From Basidiobolus meristosporus CBS 931.73 (Eukaryota; Fungi; Basidiobolomycota), in assembly GCA_002104905.1 (NCBI GenBank), contig MCFE01000037.1, positions 124,001 to 188,000 on the forward strand: a stretch of DNA of 64,000 nucleotides. The letters run 5' to 3'. Of this stretch, positions 13,390-25,360 are shown in pieces; position 1 is the first letter of the stretch, and each line of letters opens with the position of its first letter. The notes beneath the pieces are model-generated. The model was not told where the DNA came from and did no database searches. It worked only from the letters and a program-made list of their open reading frames with translations. The position numbers and the translations under genes are program-made.

Positions 13390-13709
13390 CCTTAAGAAAA
13401 AAATTGAGAAAAGGCCAGCCTAATACCAATATAATGTCAGCAGAATCCGAAGTTTCTCAAAGACAACAGCTCTGAATAGCTCAGGTACTGGCTGTTGGGC
13501 TCACCAGCAGATATATTTTCCTTACAGAGGCTAGGCCAGCTATTAATCATACCAAACTTGGTAGTTGGCTCATCCCTCCTTCTGCCAAAAATTGCAATTG
13601 AAAATTGGAGGAAAAAGCACCAGCTGAACATTAGCAAGCTACCATTGAAATGCTAGCAGTATATTGGCTGAGAATTAGATGAATTCCAAGTTTGAGATTT
13701 TTCATATGG
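13390..13709. mobile_element. About 320-bp MITE-like insert, copy 1
   Basis: Homologous to 14335-14639, with imperfect termini CCTTAAGAAAAA and TTTTTCATATGG. Confidence 0.45.
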
Positions 13710-13719
13710 AAGCAGTTCA

Positions 13720-15290
13720 AATGCTCAGTCTAGAAGTATCCAAACTTAGTATATGCCTATTCAGTCCACATTGATGAACCCCAAAAGTAGAACCGGCCAT
13801 AAATAGCTGTCAGACAAAGTGTTGAAGATTGGCAATGACTGCAAACATCAAGCCTGGATGGAAATTCAAGCTTGGCACTTGGTCAAATACAAAATCAATC
13901 AAAAATTAATTAGATGGTGATTGGACTTCTAGATAAGGTACAAGGCTGATGGTACAAGTGAAAGATGAAATCAAGACTTATTGTCAAAGAATAGTCTCAA
14001 AAAAAATGACAAGACTATTCTGAAGCCTTTGTCCTGGTAGCCAAGCTTAATTCCATAAGACTGGTATTTGCTATTGCAGCCAAATATATGTTTTTTACTC
14101 ATCAAATAGATGTAAAAGCTGCTCTCTTGAAAGGGGAACAGTCACCCAAGTTTGAAATGAACTATGAACTCACACTTGGAATCCCTATGTCTCAGAAGCA
14201 GTACTGTGGACTACAGGATTTTCTTTAAGCCAGAAGGTGCAATTCCTGCTTTATTAATGCCATATATGAATAATTTCATTATAGTCACAAATAACCACAA
14301 AATATTACAAGTTACTAAATCCAGCCTATCTAAGCCCTGAGAAAGCAATTAAGAAAAGGTCAGTTGAATCCCATCATAATATCTGGTGAATTCTAAGCGG
14401 TTCAAATCCAGCACTCTCAATATCTCAGGTACTGGCTATTTGCCTGACAAGCAAATGTATTTTCCAAGAGGAGACTAGGCCAACCAGCTTTCATACCAGA
14501 CTTAATATCAGCTGCGCACTACTACCATCCAAAATTGCAGTTTGGAGCTTGAACAATAAACTGGTTGAATACCAGCAAAATACCATTGGAATACCAGCAG
14601 AAAATTAGATGAGATCCCAGTTTCAGATTTTTCATATGGAAGGAGTTCAAGATGTTCAATCTAGGAGTGCTCAGTTACTGCTTAGAGATAGGGTTCACTG
14701 TAGACAGAAGTACCTGAACTATCACCTAAGTTAGCATAAGTATATTCATAATATATTAAAGAAGTAGCAAATTCAAGACTGTAAGCCAGCAACTACCCCA
14801 ATGGAGACAAACATTTACTTGGTCAAACCTCAACCAAGTCAAGAGAGCCATGTACCATCTGAAACCCAGACCTCCCTTACCAATTATGATGGACAGTCCC
14901 ATGTATATCATGCTAGGCACATATCCAGAGATCTTATATTCAATGGGAGCTGTCAGCAGCATAAATAGAACTATGGATCTGATCAGTTGAGCAGATTTTT
15001 AGGTACCTAAAAGGAACTGCTGATATCTACTATGTGCTAATGCTACACCTATAAGTACTCAGAACAGGGTCTTTTGGGATACTCTAATGCTGATTGGGGA
15101 AAAACTTGGAAGGCAGAAGATCCATCATGTAATACATCATTCTGGACCATACAGGAGCATTGTCATGGAATTCAAGAAAGCAAACAACCATGGCACTTTC
15201 CACCACAGAGGTGGAGTATATGCTAGCCTGTGAGGCTGCAAAAGAAGCAATGCAGCTAAGAAAGCTTTTTAAAGACATAGGCTTATGCCT
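13720..15290 (+). pseudogene. Degenerate copia RT/RNase H fragments (related to the 5846-10528 family)
   Basis: Nucleotide similarity to 8570-9900 (e.g. gatgtaaaagctgc, ggaattcaagaaagcaa, cctaaaaggaactgctgatatctac), with no intact frame. Confidence 0.75.
14335..14639. mobile_element. About 305-bp MITE-like insert, copy 2, splitting a copia RT sequence
   Basis: The intact element reads ctatctaaggagttcaag. Here ctatctAAG and AAGgagttcaag are separated by the insert, giving a 3-bp AAG duplication. Confidence 0.6.
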
Positions 15291-15614
15291 AGATATTCAC
15301 CCAACCTGGTCACTTGTATTATTACCTACAAATCTTAGAGAATGCCAGCCAAATTCCTTGCTGGGATTTACTTAGAATATCTTCACCAAAACATCAGGTA
15401 CCCAGAACATCAAATTTTGATACATTGTCCAAACAGTCCCAAATGTTGCACTCATGCTCTTGTAGCCTTGCTAAGCATATACTGGGTGTTTGTTTTGCCA
15501 AGAACATGTAAAAGTATAAATACTACTTTTACATTCAATAAATCATTAAGTGAAAACCACATAATCTACTTGTCCTCCCAATCACTTCCAATGTTTCCAA
15601 AAACTCTTACAACA
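15290..15614 (+). repeat. Copia LTR remnant (same family)
   Basis: Aligns to the 349-bp LTR (gatttacttagaatatcttcacc, gtaaaagtataaatactactttt) and ends in CTCTTACAACA at 15614. Confidence 0.85.
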
Positions 15615-16159
15615 ATCATGACAGTCAGCTCCACAGGCTGTAATCTAAGTAACTCAGTTCATGGGCTATTTATGTGCAAGTACAAAGCTTACAACAAATG
15701 AAAGTAGCTGAGTGCTGAATAGGAGGGAGTATTCTATTGCTCCATAGCATATCAAGAATTGATAGATATGCACTTTACTGAAACTGTTAAAGCAACTATG
15801 TGAGTAAGCAGTAGAGGAGAATGGAGAGATGAATGCAGTGGCAATGTGCTTGTAGGCAGGCTGATACTTCCCAACCGTTTCATTCATCCTATAATTCCAC
15901 AGGACATGAAACATGCCCTTCAAACTCAGTGGTGAAACACTATTTGGCAACATTGATCTGGTGTGGAATTGTAAAGTGCGATTATAAAAGAGGCAGATTC
16001 TCTATGCTAACATACAGGCTACAATTTCCGAGTGGTGGCATGGCCAAGTGGCTTACATCAAATGCTGGCTTAGTTTCCGTCGACCAAACGACCATGATAG
16101 CATTGCAATGAAGAGAAATGCGGTTTGATTCTAGTGTTTATTATGAACCGGTGGTATGG

Positions 16160-17496
16160 TTAAGCATGGATATTGCATCCAAGAGTTCTTTGAATTAGCA
16201 GACCCGCTACTCGTTTCACATCACACTCCATGAACACCTCCACCCGATTTAGGGACACAGTCCAGTTGCTGGGATCCGCTTGGTTGGTCCCATCCTCGAC
16301 GACGCTGCTCGCAACCCCCTCTTGCATCGACTTGGACCAGAAGCGACGATCCCGGACACACATGCCGCGTGTGATATGACCTTCATCCTCCACCCGGATG
16401 TCAAGCCATTTACTCACCCAACCACCTTCAACGAGCGCATCGTTGGTGATGTCCACGAAACCCGCCATACAGCTAGGATCGTGAAGTTGGATGGAATCCC
16501 AGTTGAATTTGGCCTTCATATTGGAGGCAGGATGTTGGAGTAACTGGGCGAAAAAGGCCCCTGCTGGCGTCCGAAGGGTCCCGATCGGGTCCTGGATAGT
16601 CTTACTCGACAGGGACACCGATCCGGTCAAATCAGTGGGGAAGAGACGGATGTGGATGGGCAAGGTGGTCTCCACTTCTTGGTACTTTCGGTGGATGTCT
16701 GGGTGGAAGCCGCGAGAGGCGTTCATCACAATGGCCGCCGCGTGTGGGTCGGCGTAGAAGTTGAACTCGGCCACGGCGGTCACGTTTCCGGGCACGTCCA
16801 CTGCACCGCCCATGATACAGATCTGCTTCGCGCGGCCCATAGTCACCCTGTCCTTCTGCAGGGCCAACGCGATGTTGGTTAGCGGGCCAAGCGCCACGAT
16901 GGATACGGTGAATGGTGGGTTCGACTTGAGCTGGTGCAGTATCTCGTCCACGGCGTTACGACGGGTGGCTTGGTAGTACTTCGGTAGGTGCTGGGGATCT
17001 TCACCGAGGTTCACGGCCATCTCGTCGGACTTCTCGGCAGCCTTCTTGAACCAGATATGCTTCCACTCCTCCGGGGCCAAGTCGGGCATGCTTTCGTGGA
17101 TATTTCCCAGGCCATCCTGACCATGGAAATACTCGGCGGAAAACGGTTCGCACTTCATAGGCTTCTCGGCACCTAGATAGACGCGGTTAGGATTGTCTGG
17201 CAACGAAACTGGCAGGGTGATGTGGGGAAGGTTTGCCGCCTACCAAGCGCAATCACCGGGACCTGTTTCTCGAAAACCCCGAGGCCCGTTTTCTGCCTGT
17301 GTAGGCGCTCTTCCTCCATCACCTTCAGTAAGGCGACCAGATTTTTGGAACTGTTCTCAAGGCAGGTGTTCCCGTGGGTTAGGGTGCAGGCAAGTATTTC
17401 TAAGTTGGGTGAGGTGATGGCATACGCAATAGCCAGAGTGTCGTCGATACCAGGGTCGGTATCGATGATCAGCTTGGAAGGTTGAGGGATGGACAT
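16160..17496 (-). CDS. Inosine/uridine-preferring nucleoside hydrolase family protein, paralog 1 (exons 17496-17244, 17172-16160)
   Basis: N-terminal DTDPGIDD Ca-binding motif, plus LGPLTNIA, GNVTAVAEFNFYADPHAA and LHDP. One GT-AG intron (17243-17173) joins the two ORF-track pieces in frame. Confidence 0.92.
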
Positions 17497-18970
17497 TTGG
17501 GGAACCTGGTTCTTGGGTGGAGCTTTTATCTGCTCCGACTGGGAGTATTTTCCCCCTATGGATATACACTGGAACATTTACTCAGCATGAGTAACCCGCC
17601 ATCACCGCTGTAATGAGGATGGCTGTGCCCATTTGATCATAACATCCTAATGGAGTAGATATTCTATACATTTCCTGATTGTTTAGGGCTGGCAATATAT
17701 ATGTATATGATTGACGGGTCATCCATTTCCCACGGTTTATTTCATGAAAATTGTCATATTGGTGTGGTCAGGTAAACAAGGCCATTTCCTTTGCAGACCC
17801 TATGAGCCAAATGCACCTACTAGTTTGAATCCCCTCTTTCCCCCGCCAGCCTAACCTTGTGGAGATTGAGTCTATTGACTTTACCAAGCTTCCCCTTGTT
17901 TCCGGAAAGTCCCGATATTGCGCGTCAGCGACAGCCAGAGCTGTGTGCGATGCTTGTAAAGACTATATGGGAGCCACCCAACCACTTGTTCGCCCACCCA
18001 GGTGGCCCATGTTCATCGCTCCTTGTGAACTGCATGATAAAGGCTCCAGTCCAAGACAGCTTGGCCAGGATTTTTAGCGAGATCAAAGGTTGACTAGCCC
18101 AGAATCCCCAGTTGAAACCGGTTTGGTCAATTGCTCTTGGGCCACGTGAGCAGCATCCACAATGGAATCGTGACAGCGTTTGATCCTTGACGCATGGGCT
18201 AATGTGCACCATCTTTCTACTTGGAATCTCATCTTACAGTCCGATGACGAGAACGCACGGCGCATAGCTAGGCCAGGATGTCGAGCTGTTCCTCGGGACA
18301 ATATGCGTAAGTCTGGATGGACCCGGTGCTAAACAGCAACCTACCCCTCAACGCATGAGCGATGCATACGATGTGCAAGAGGCGCCAATGCCCACTCACT
18401 CTGACCGAATCGCATGGGACACCCACCACTGGCCGATTTTAGCAAAGATGGAGACTGGTGGCAGGGCAGTGACAGCTGGACATCGGCTTTTCTTCCACTA
18501 GGAAGCTGGATGCGAGCCAAGCCGATCCGATGTTGGAAAGCAATACACCTTCCATCCGATCCCCATTGGTCGCTCATGTGATTCCAAGGTTCTCCACCCA
18601 ATTGAGAAGAGTCTGCCCTGGGCCGTATGATTGGCTCAATGTGGGGGGTCGTTGATTGGAGCATATGGAATCAACCCAAACGATGTCAGAACATCTGGAG
18701 CACTGCATATGGTTGCTAGATCATCTGCCAGCATTCTGTGGGTGGTGGGGGAGGATGGGAATGGTCTGCGGAGAATAGTGAGTGATTGAAATGTTCCATG
18801 CACCAACCTCACAACTGCGCCGATGTTCAAGTGATGAGAATCCCATTTCAATCCAAATTTATTATATAAATCGACCAGGTGGGTTCACATTTGGAAGTCC
18901 CCATCACTGCTTTGCTCGTTTTCCACCCATCCCCACTTCTCCATAACCACCAGCATTCCACTACTTTACC

Positions 18971-20490
18971 ATGACCCAATATTCACCTGTCAAAGACAGG
19001 GAGTTGCCCGAGGAGGTTGATGTCGAGCGTCGCCACAGCGATGCCTCGCCCCTGTTGGGCCAGGGGTCTTCCTCTTCGCAAAAAGCCTTTCCGGTCGCTG
19101 ACGCTCCCCAAGCGACGGTTTTCTCCTCCTGCATCAATCTGGCGAATACCATCTTGGGAGCGGGGATGTTTGCCATGGTTAGTTTTCAAGTATTGTCCGC
19201 TGTCACGAAACCGAATTGTAGTCTAACCAAACCCACCCCAGCCCTCCGCCATCGCCTCCGTGGGTTTGTTGATAGGTTCTGGCTTGATCGGGTTTTCGGG
19301 CTGCGCCTCCGGGCTTGGGCTTTATCTGCTTGCACGTTGCGCCAGCCGGGTCGACGGACGTAACGCCTCCTTCAACACCATCTCGCTGTTGAGTTATCCT
19401 GACGCCGCGATCTGGTTCGACTCGGCCATTGCCATAAAGTGTTTCGGTGTGAGCATCTCGTACCTGATTGTCATTGGGGACCTGATGCCCGAGGTGATGG
19501 ATTGGTTCGGTGTGGGTTCGGCGTACAAATTCCTGCTTGACCGCCGGTTCTGGATCACGGTGTTTATGCTCTTCATAATCCCACTCACGTTCTTAAGGAA
19601 GTTGGATTCGTTAAGGTACACAAGCTTCGTTGCGCTGAGCGCGGTGGTATATCTGCTGATCATCGTGGTGTACCACTATGTGGACCCCGAGCGACCTTCT
19701 CCACCACCGGAAGAGATTCACTGGGTGAACTTCAGTGAGAAGTTCTTGGCTCGGTTCCCGATCTTTGTTTTCGCCTTCACCTGTCATCAAAATATCTTCA
19801 CCGTGTACAACGAGCTTCACGACAACTCGGACAGACAGGTGAACTCGGTCATCTACTACTCCATCGGGGCGTCTTTTCTGGTGTACCAGACGGTTGGCGT
19901 CCTCGGGTACTTGACGTTTGGTGACCACGTGTTGGGCAACATCATCAAGATGTACGACAACGGCTTGGTGTTAACTATCGGCCGATTCGCACTTGTCATC
20001 TTGGTCATGTTCTCTTACCCGTTGCAAGCGCATCCCTGTCGTGCATCGGTCGATAAGGTGTTGAACGTGGCGTTCCATACAAATCTCGAGGTCCCACAAT
20101 ATGAGGAAGAAGACGGCAAGCCCGATGATACCCCACAGCCTCACTCATACGAGATATCGAACCTTCGGTTCTTCACCATCACGCCCATCATCATTGTAAG
20201 CACCTACCTGATCGCCATTTCCGTGTCGCAGTTAGACTTGGTAAGCCCACAAGTATCCATCTCAAGTGAACCATTAGATGATTAACCCTTTACTGGTCGA
20301 CTAGGTCCTTTCCTTTGTTGGCTCCACAGGATCGACCGCCATCTCGTTCATCCTCCCTGGTCTCTTCTACACCAAGATTCATCAGAACGACCCATGGAAC
20401 CTCACCCGGATCTTGGCCGTGATGCTCCTCGTTTACGGGGTGTGTGTGATGACCATTTGCCTTAGCTACAACATCTACCACTTGTTCTAA
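18971..20490 (+). CDS. Amino acid transporter, Aa_trans/AVT (vacuolar AVT5/6-like) family; exons 18971-19177, 19242-20240, 20305-20490
   Basis: Motifs INLANTILGAGMFAMP, IKCFGVSISYLIVIGD, FAFTCHQN, FSYPLQAHPCR and VGSTGSTAISFILPG, many hydrophobic segments, and two GT-AG introns. Confidence 0.92.
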
Positions 20491-20679
20491 AGGACCATCC
20501 ATGTCGGTCCAACCACCCCCACCACCCCCACCCCTTCACCTCACCACGTCTGTACCTTGCCATCCGATTAACCAGATACTGATTGTTATACATAGTTCGA
20601 ATGTTAATATTTAATTAAATTAGCCCACATTTAGTTCCACTACCTCTTCCGACAATGATACAAACTTCGAGAGACCCGT

Positions 20680-22013
20680 TTATGCGTGAATGTTACAGCC
20701 AAGCGTCCTTTCGATCAGCAAACTGGCCGCCCGCTTCTCGTCACACTTCAGGAACACCTCGACCCGGTTCAGCGATACGGTCCAGTTGCTGGGATCCGCT
20801 TGGTTGGTCCCATCCTCGACGGCGCTGCTCGCAATACCCTCTTGCATGGACTCGGACCAGACTCGACGGTCCCGGACACACATGCCGCGTGTGAGGTGAC
20901 CTTCGTCCTCCACCCGGATGTCGAGCCATTTGCTGGCCCAACCGCCTTCGACAAGAGCGTCGTTTGCGGTATCCACGAAGCCGACCATGCAAGTTGGATC
21001 ATGAAGCTCGATGAAATCCTGATCGTAATGGGACTTCATGATGGATGCGGGGTACTTGAGGAGCCTGCTGAAGAAATGGCCCGCCGGGGTCTCGAGGGAG
21101 CCGATGGGGTGCTCGATGGCGGCGTTTGGTAGGGATACGTTGCCGGTCAAGTCGGTGGGGAAGAGACGGATGTGGATGGGCAAGGTGGTCTCCACTTCTT
21201 GGTACTTTCGGTGGATGTCTGGGTGGAAGCCGCGAGAGGCGTTCATCACAATGGCCGCCGCGTGTGGGTCGGCGTAGAAGTTGAACTCGGCCACGGCGGT
21301 CACGTTTCCGGGCACGTCCACTGCACCGCCCATGATACAGATCTGCTTCGCGCGGCCCATAGTCACCCTGTCCTTCTGCAGGGCCAACGCGATGTTGGTT
21401 AGCGGGCCAAGCGCCACGATGGATACGGTGAAAGGTGGGTTCGACTTGAGCTGGTGCAACATCTCGTCCACCGCGTGGCGATGGGTGGTTTGGTAGTACT
21501 TTGGCAGGGTCTCGGGGTCTTCGCCGAGTTGCTTGGCCACCTCATCCGACTCTTCAGCCGCCTTCTTGATCCAGATTTGCTTCCACTCCTCCGGCACCAA
21601 GTCGGGAACACTCTCGTGAATATTTCCCAGACCGTCTCGACCGTGGAAGAATTCGGCGAACAGGGTATCGTGCTTCAACGGCTTCTCGGCACCTAGACAA
21701 CACCGGCCAGAGGTTAGAAAGGGAGGCAAGAGGAACCAAGATGCACCACTGAACACTTACCAAGCGCGATCACCGGAACATGTTTCTTGAAAGTTCCGGT
21801 GCCGAGTTTCTCTCTGTAGAGACGCTCCTCCTCCATCACCTTCAGCAAGGCGACAAGGTTCTTGGAGCAGTTTTCGAGGCAGGTGTTTCCGTGGGTAAGG
21901 GTGCAGGCCAGGATATCGAGGTTGGGTGAGGTGATGGCATATCCGATGGCTAGGATGTCGTCGATGCCGGGGTCGGTATCGATGATCACTTTGGATAGCT
22001 CGGAGTTGGTCAT
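20680..22013 (-). CDS. Inosine/uridine-preferring nucleoside hydrolase family protein, paralog 2 (exons 22013-21761, 21692-20680)
   Basis: Same motifs and same intron position as paralog 1 (DTDPGIDD, AEFNFYADP, LHDP). Confidence 0.92.
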
Positions 22014-22490
22014 TTTCTTGAAAAAATATTATGGTGGTTGCGGTGGGCTCATCGAGCTTTTATTTTACCATCGCCATGTCCAGGTATGCGGCAATCAAGG
22101 CTCCACTTCCTCAGGCTCCCCCGGTGGATCACCCAAAATCACCCTTCATCTGTACAAATCCGGCAGGTCCATTCAATCTGGAATACTTCCTGAAGTTAAA
22201 TGCATTTGAATGTTACCGGTTTTGGTGCCGGGTTCACTGCGATGTCAATCCCACTCATATATTAGGTTACACTCAAGGATCCCATGAGCAACCCGTTTCA
22301 ACCAATCTTTCTTTGCTCCCGACTGAAACTAGCAAATTGATCGGTTTGGGTGGAATTTTCCTACAGAACAAAGAAATTTGCGCGCACGAGATCTAGGTTT
22401 AATTGGGTTTATTATGCTGAGCTGGATGTTCAAGTGTTGGTGATGAACGATGAATGCAATTTAATTACGGGTCAACATTGATTAGTCAAG

Positions 22491-23384
22491 TTACTGGCGG
22501 CGAGCAATGGTGGCGGTGATGTAGCCAGAGGGGTCACTGATGGGTTGGAAAATGTCCATGTCCTTGCCCTCGTTGGGGAGGTTGAAAGGTTTCAAGTTAA
22601 CGCTGATGTAGTGCTTGTTGGGAAGAGCATAGCTGATCTCGGTGACATCCACATTCTCGGCCAAAACCTTCTCGCCCATCTTGTACATGGTGGCTTGAAC
22701 AGAGGCAGAGTCATCAGTGGCGAAGGTGCCGAGGGTGATTTCACGAACGCTGCCGGCGATCTCGTCGAAAGGAATCTCCTCGATCTTGGACTTCTCCAAG
22801 TTATAGGTCCATTTGGCATCGACACTGGTGGAGAAGATACGGTCGGTGGCATCTTGGAGAGTGGTATTCTCACAACGATGGAAGTTGGTGAATGAGGAGC
22901 CGGTGGACTTCAACACAAGAAGGTCCTTGAGGCGAGACTCAATGGACACCTTTCCATCACGGGAGACAGTCAACTCAACACGTCTGGTTTCGTCACCATC
23001 ACGAAGGAAGGAGTGGGGGTGGAGTTGGCCATCGATGTTGACACGGGTCCAGCGGTGTTGGACGAGCTTGATGTATACATGGTCAACATGGGAGTATCTG
23101 TTGATGAAGTGTTGGCCGATCTCGTAACCGAAACGCTCGATGGTTTGAACATTATCAGACTTCTTGGCAAGAACATAGACGGTGTTCTTGACAGTGTCAG
23201 TGGGGACGACAACTGAGTTGTCAGCCTCGGTGTAGGAGGTCTCGAACTTGCCATCGAGGAGGACTTGAGCGGTGAGCTCAATAACATCATGCCAGTTCTT
23301 GGTGTGACGGATGACCTTGGTGACGCGCACCTTGGTCTTACCGTAGGCTTGTTTCTTCAAGTAGGCACCAGAGTTAGCAGACAT
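22491..23384 (-). CDS. UOX: Urate oxidase (uricase), type A, copy A1
   Basis: Motifs YGK, VPTDTVKN, LLVLKSTGSSF, DRIFST, SVQATMY and LPNKH. Likely start MSANSGAY (23384) by homology; ends -ARRQ. Confidence 0.95.
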   Translation of the reverse strand: MSANSGAYLKKQAYGKTKVRVTKVIRHTKNWHDVIELTAQVLLDGKFETSYTEADNSVVVPTDTVKNTVYVLAKKSDNVQTIERFGYEIGQHFINRYSHVDHVYIKLVQHRWTRVNIDGQLHPHSFLRDGDETRRVELTVSRDGKVSIESRLKDLLVLKSTGSSFTNFHRCENTTLQDATDRIFSTSVDAKWTYNLEKSKIEEIPFDEIAGSVREITLGTFATDDSASVQATMYKMGEKVLAENVDVTEISYALPNKHYISVNLKPFNLPNEGKDMDIFQPISDPSGYITATIARRQ

Positions 23385-23904
23385 AATGTTGGATAGAAGA
23401 CTGACAATATTGCTCAACCCCAACTGAGAGAGTGGGGGGATTTATATGAATCGTTCGGTTTCACATCATTCTAGATACTCTCATATCAACATCCATCTCT
23501 ATTTTGGTGAAGATTCATCTTCGGCCAAGTTACACAGGCAGAAGCACGGAGATTGTGGGTACTTTAGATCTGCGCAGTACTGATAATCGATTCAATCTTG
23601 TGTCATTTCCCGCACCATCAATGAGAAATCTGCCTGTGTCCAGATAATCAATTCCATCGACCCTCGTGAACTGGATAATTCTCTTTAGCCGTGGATGCAC
23701 GCAAATCTGGTGACATAACCATGGCTAGGATATCTCCTGCAGTGTGTTGTTCCCATTTCCGAAATCCTTCTTCGAACTCAGTATACTCATTGTGGTGGAT
23801 ATTGATATTGGATGCTGTATGAACATTAATTTATTTGCAACTTAGAGATCACAGTGAATGCATGCTTAATGGTAAGTTAGGGTTGTTCCAAAAACTTGGT
23901 CCGC

Positions 23905-24795
23905 TTAGAACTTGTTTCCACGACGACCAATGGTGGCAGTAATGTAGCCAGAGAAGTCGGTGACTGGAGAGAAAATGGTCATCTCTTGGCCAGCGTTGGG
24001 AAGGTTGAAGGGGGCAAGGTTGGTGGTGAAGTGATGGCTGTTGGGGAGTGCGTAGTACACATCACGGACTTCTGGGAAACGCTTCAAGATCAGCTCAGCC
24101 ATGCGGTACATGGTGGCCTGGACTGAGGCAGAGTCATCATGGGCGAACACATCAAGGGTGGTCTTACGGACTCCATCGAAGATGCGGTCGAATGGAATGT
24201 TCTCGACTCCAATCGAGGTGTCAATGTTGTAGTGGGCCTTGACGGTAGTGGAGAAGATACGGTCATCAGCATCTTGGAGAGTGGTGTTCTCGCAGAGATG
24301 GAAGTTGGTGAAGGATGAGCCGGTGGTCTTCAAGACGAGAAGGCCTTCCAAGCCAGACTTGATGCTGACATCGTTGGCGCTGACAGTGACCCAGGTCTCT
24401 CTGGTCTCGCTGCCGTCACGGTAGAAGGAGTGAGGGTGGGGCTCGCCGTTGACATTGATTCTGGTCCAGCGGAGTTGAACAATGTGGACGTGGGCGTGGG
24501 TGACATGAGGGTACTTGTCAACGAAGTGCTTGCCGAGTTCGTAACCGTAACGCTCGATGGTCTGAACGTGGTTGGACTTCTTGGCAATGATGTAGCAGGT
24601 GTTCTTGACAGTGTCGGTGGGGACGACCTTGCTGTTGTCAGCCTCGGTGTAAGCCTCTTCGAAGTCACCCTCGAGGAGCACTTGGACAGTGAGCTCGACA
24701 ATGTCGTTCCACTGGGGAGTGTGGCGGATAGCCTTGGTGACTCTGACCTTAGCCTTACCGTAGGCTTGGCGTTTTAACTCAACTGCAGAAGACAT
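23905..24795 (-). CDS. UOX: Urate oxidase, type B, copy B1
   Basis: Intact 296-aa ORF with all uricase motifs and LPNSH; ends -GNKF. Confidence 0.95.
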   Translation of the reverse strand: MSSAVELKRQAYGKAKVRVTKAIRHTPQWNDIVELTVQVLLEGDFEEAYTEADNSKVVPTDTVKNTCYIIAKKSNHVQTIERYGYELGKHFVDKYPHVTHAHVHIVQLRWTRINVNGEPHPHSFYRDGSETRETWVTVSANDVSIKSGLEGLLVLKTTGSSFTNFHLCENTTLQDADDRIFSTTVKAHYNIDTSIGVENIPFDRIFDGVRKTTLDVFAHDDSASVQATMYRMAELILKRFPEVRDVYYALPNSHHFTTNLAPFNLPNAGQEMTIFSPVTDFSGYITATIGRRGNKF

Positions 24796-25360
24796 TGTTG
24801 TATACGATTGGAACTAGGAACACTAATTATGGTGGAGTTCGTATGAAGCAATTTATACAACTCACCGAGATGAAGCGTACCACTGTTCGAGCCAATCATG
24901 GTGATTGGCGGCATAATGAATCCCACTAGATAATAACGGTGTTTGGCTCTATCAGTAGCTGCTAGATCAGATTCGAGTGTTCATCTAATCTTTCTGTGAG
25001 TAATTACCATCTTGAGCAATAGCCTAGAAAACATTACACATGTTTCAGATTGTGATTAATCTGATGATGAAATCTGGGAGATTTGATTGGAATTGCTGGC
25101 CGCGTGATCCACTGAATATGGATTCCACGAGCAGAGGTAGAGTTGGTGTGGAGCGAGTGCTAATGGCAAGCATGAATCGAGGCAATATCAATTCACAATG
25201 ATAATCAAAAGTAGCCCATAGTCAAGACCACGTGGTGTGCTATCAACGCGTTTTACAATGGCAACCTTTCATCACTTTTTAGTCGGTTTTATTACGGATT
25301 GACCAGGTCAATCAATGTTAATGGATGGTAATGAAAATGATCGTGAATACATTTACACGG

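Noticed and set aside
17800-18900. Short overlapping ORFs between the hydrolase and the transporter
   Set aside because: No recognisable domain, splice pattern or codon bias; treated as a divergent intergenic region.
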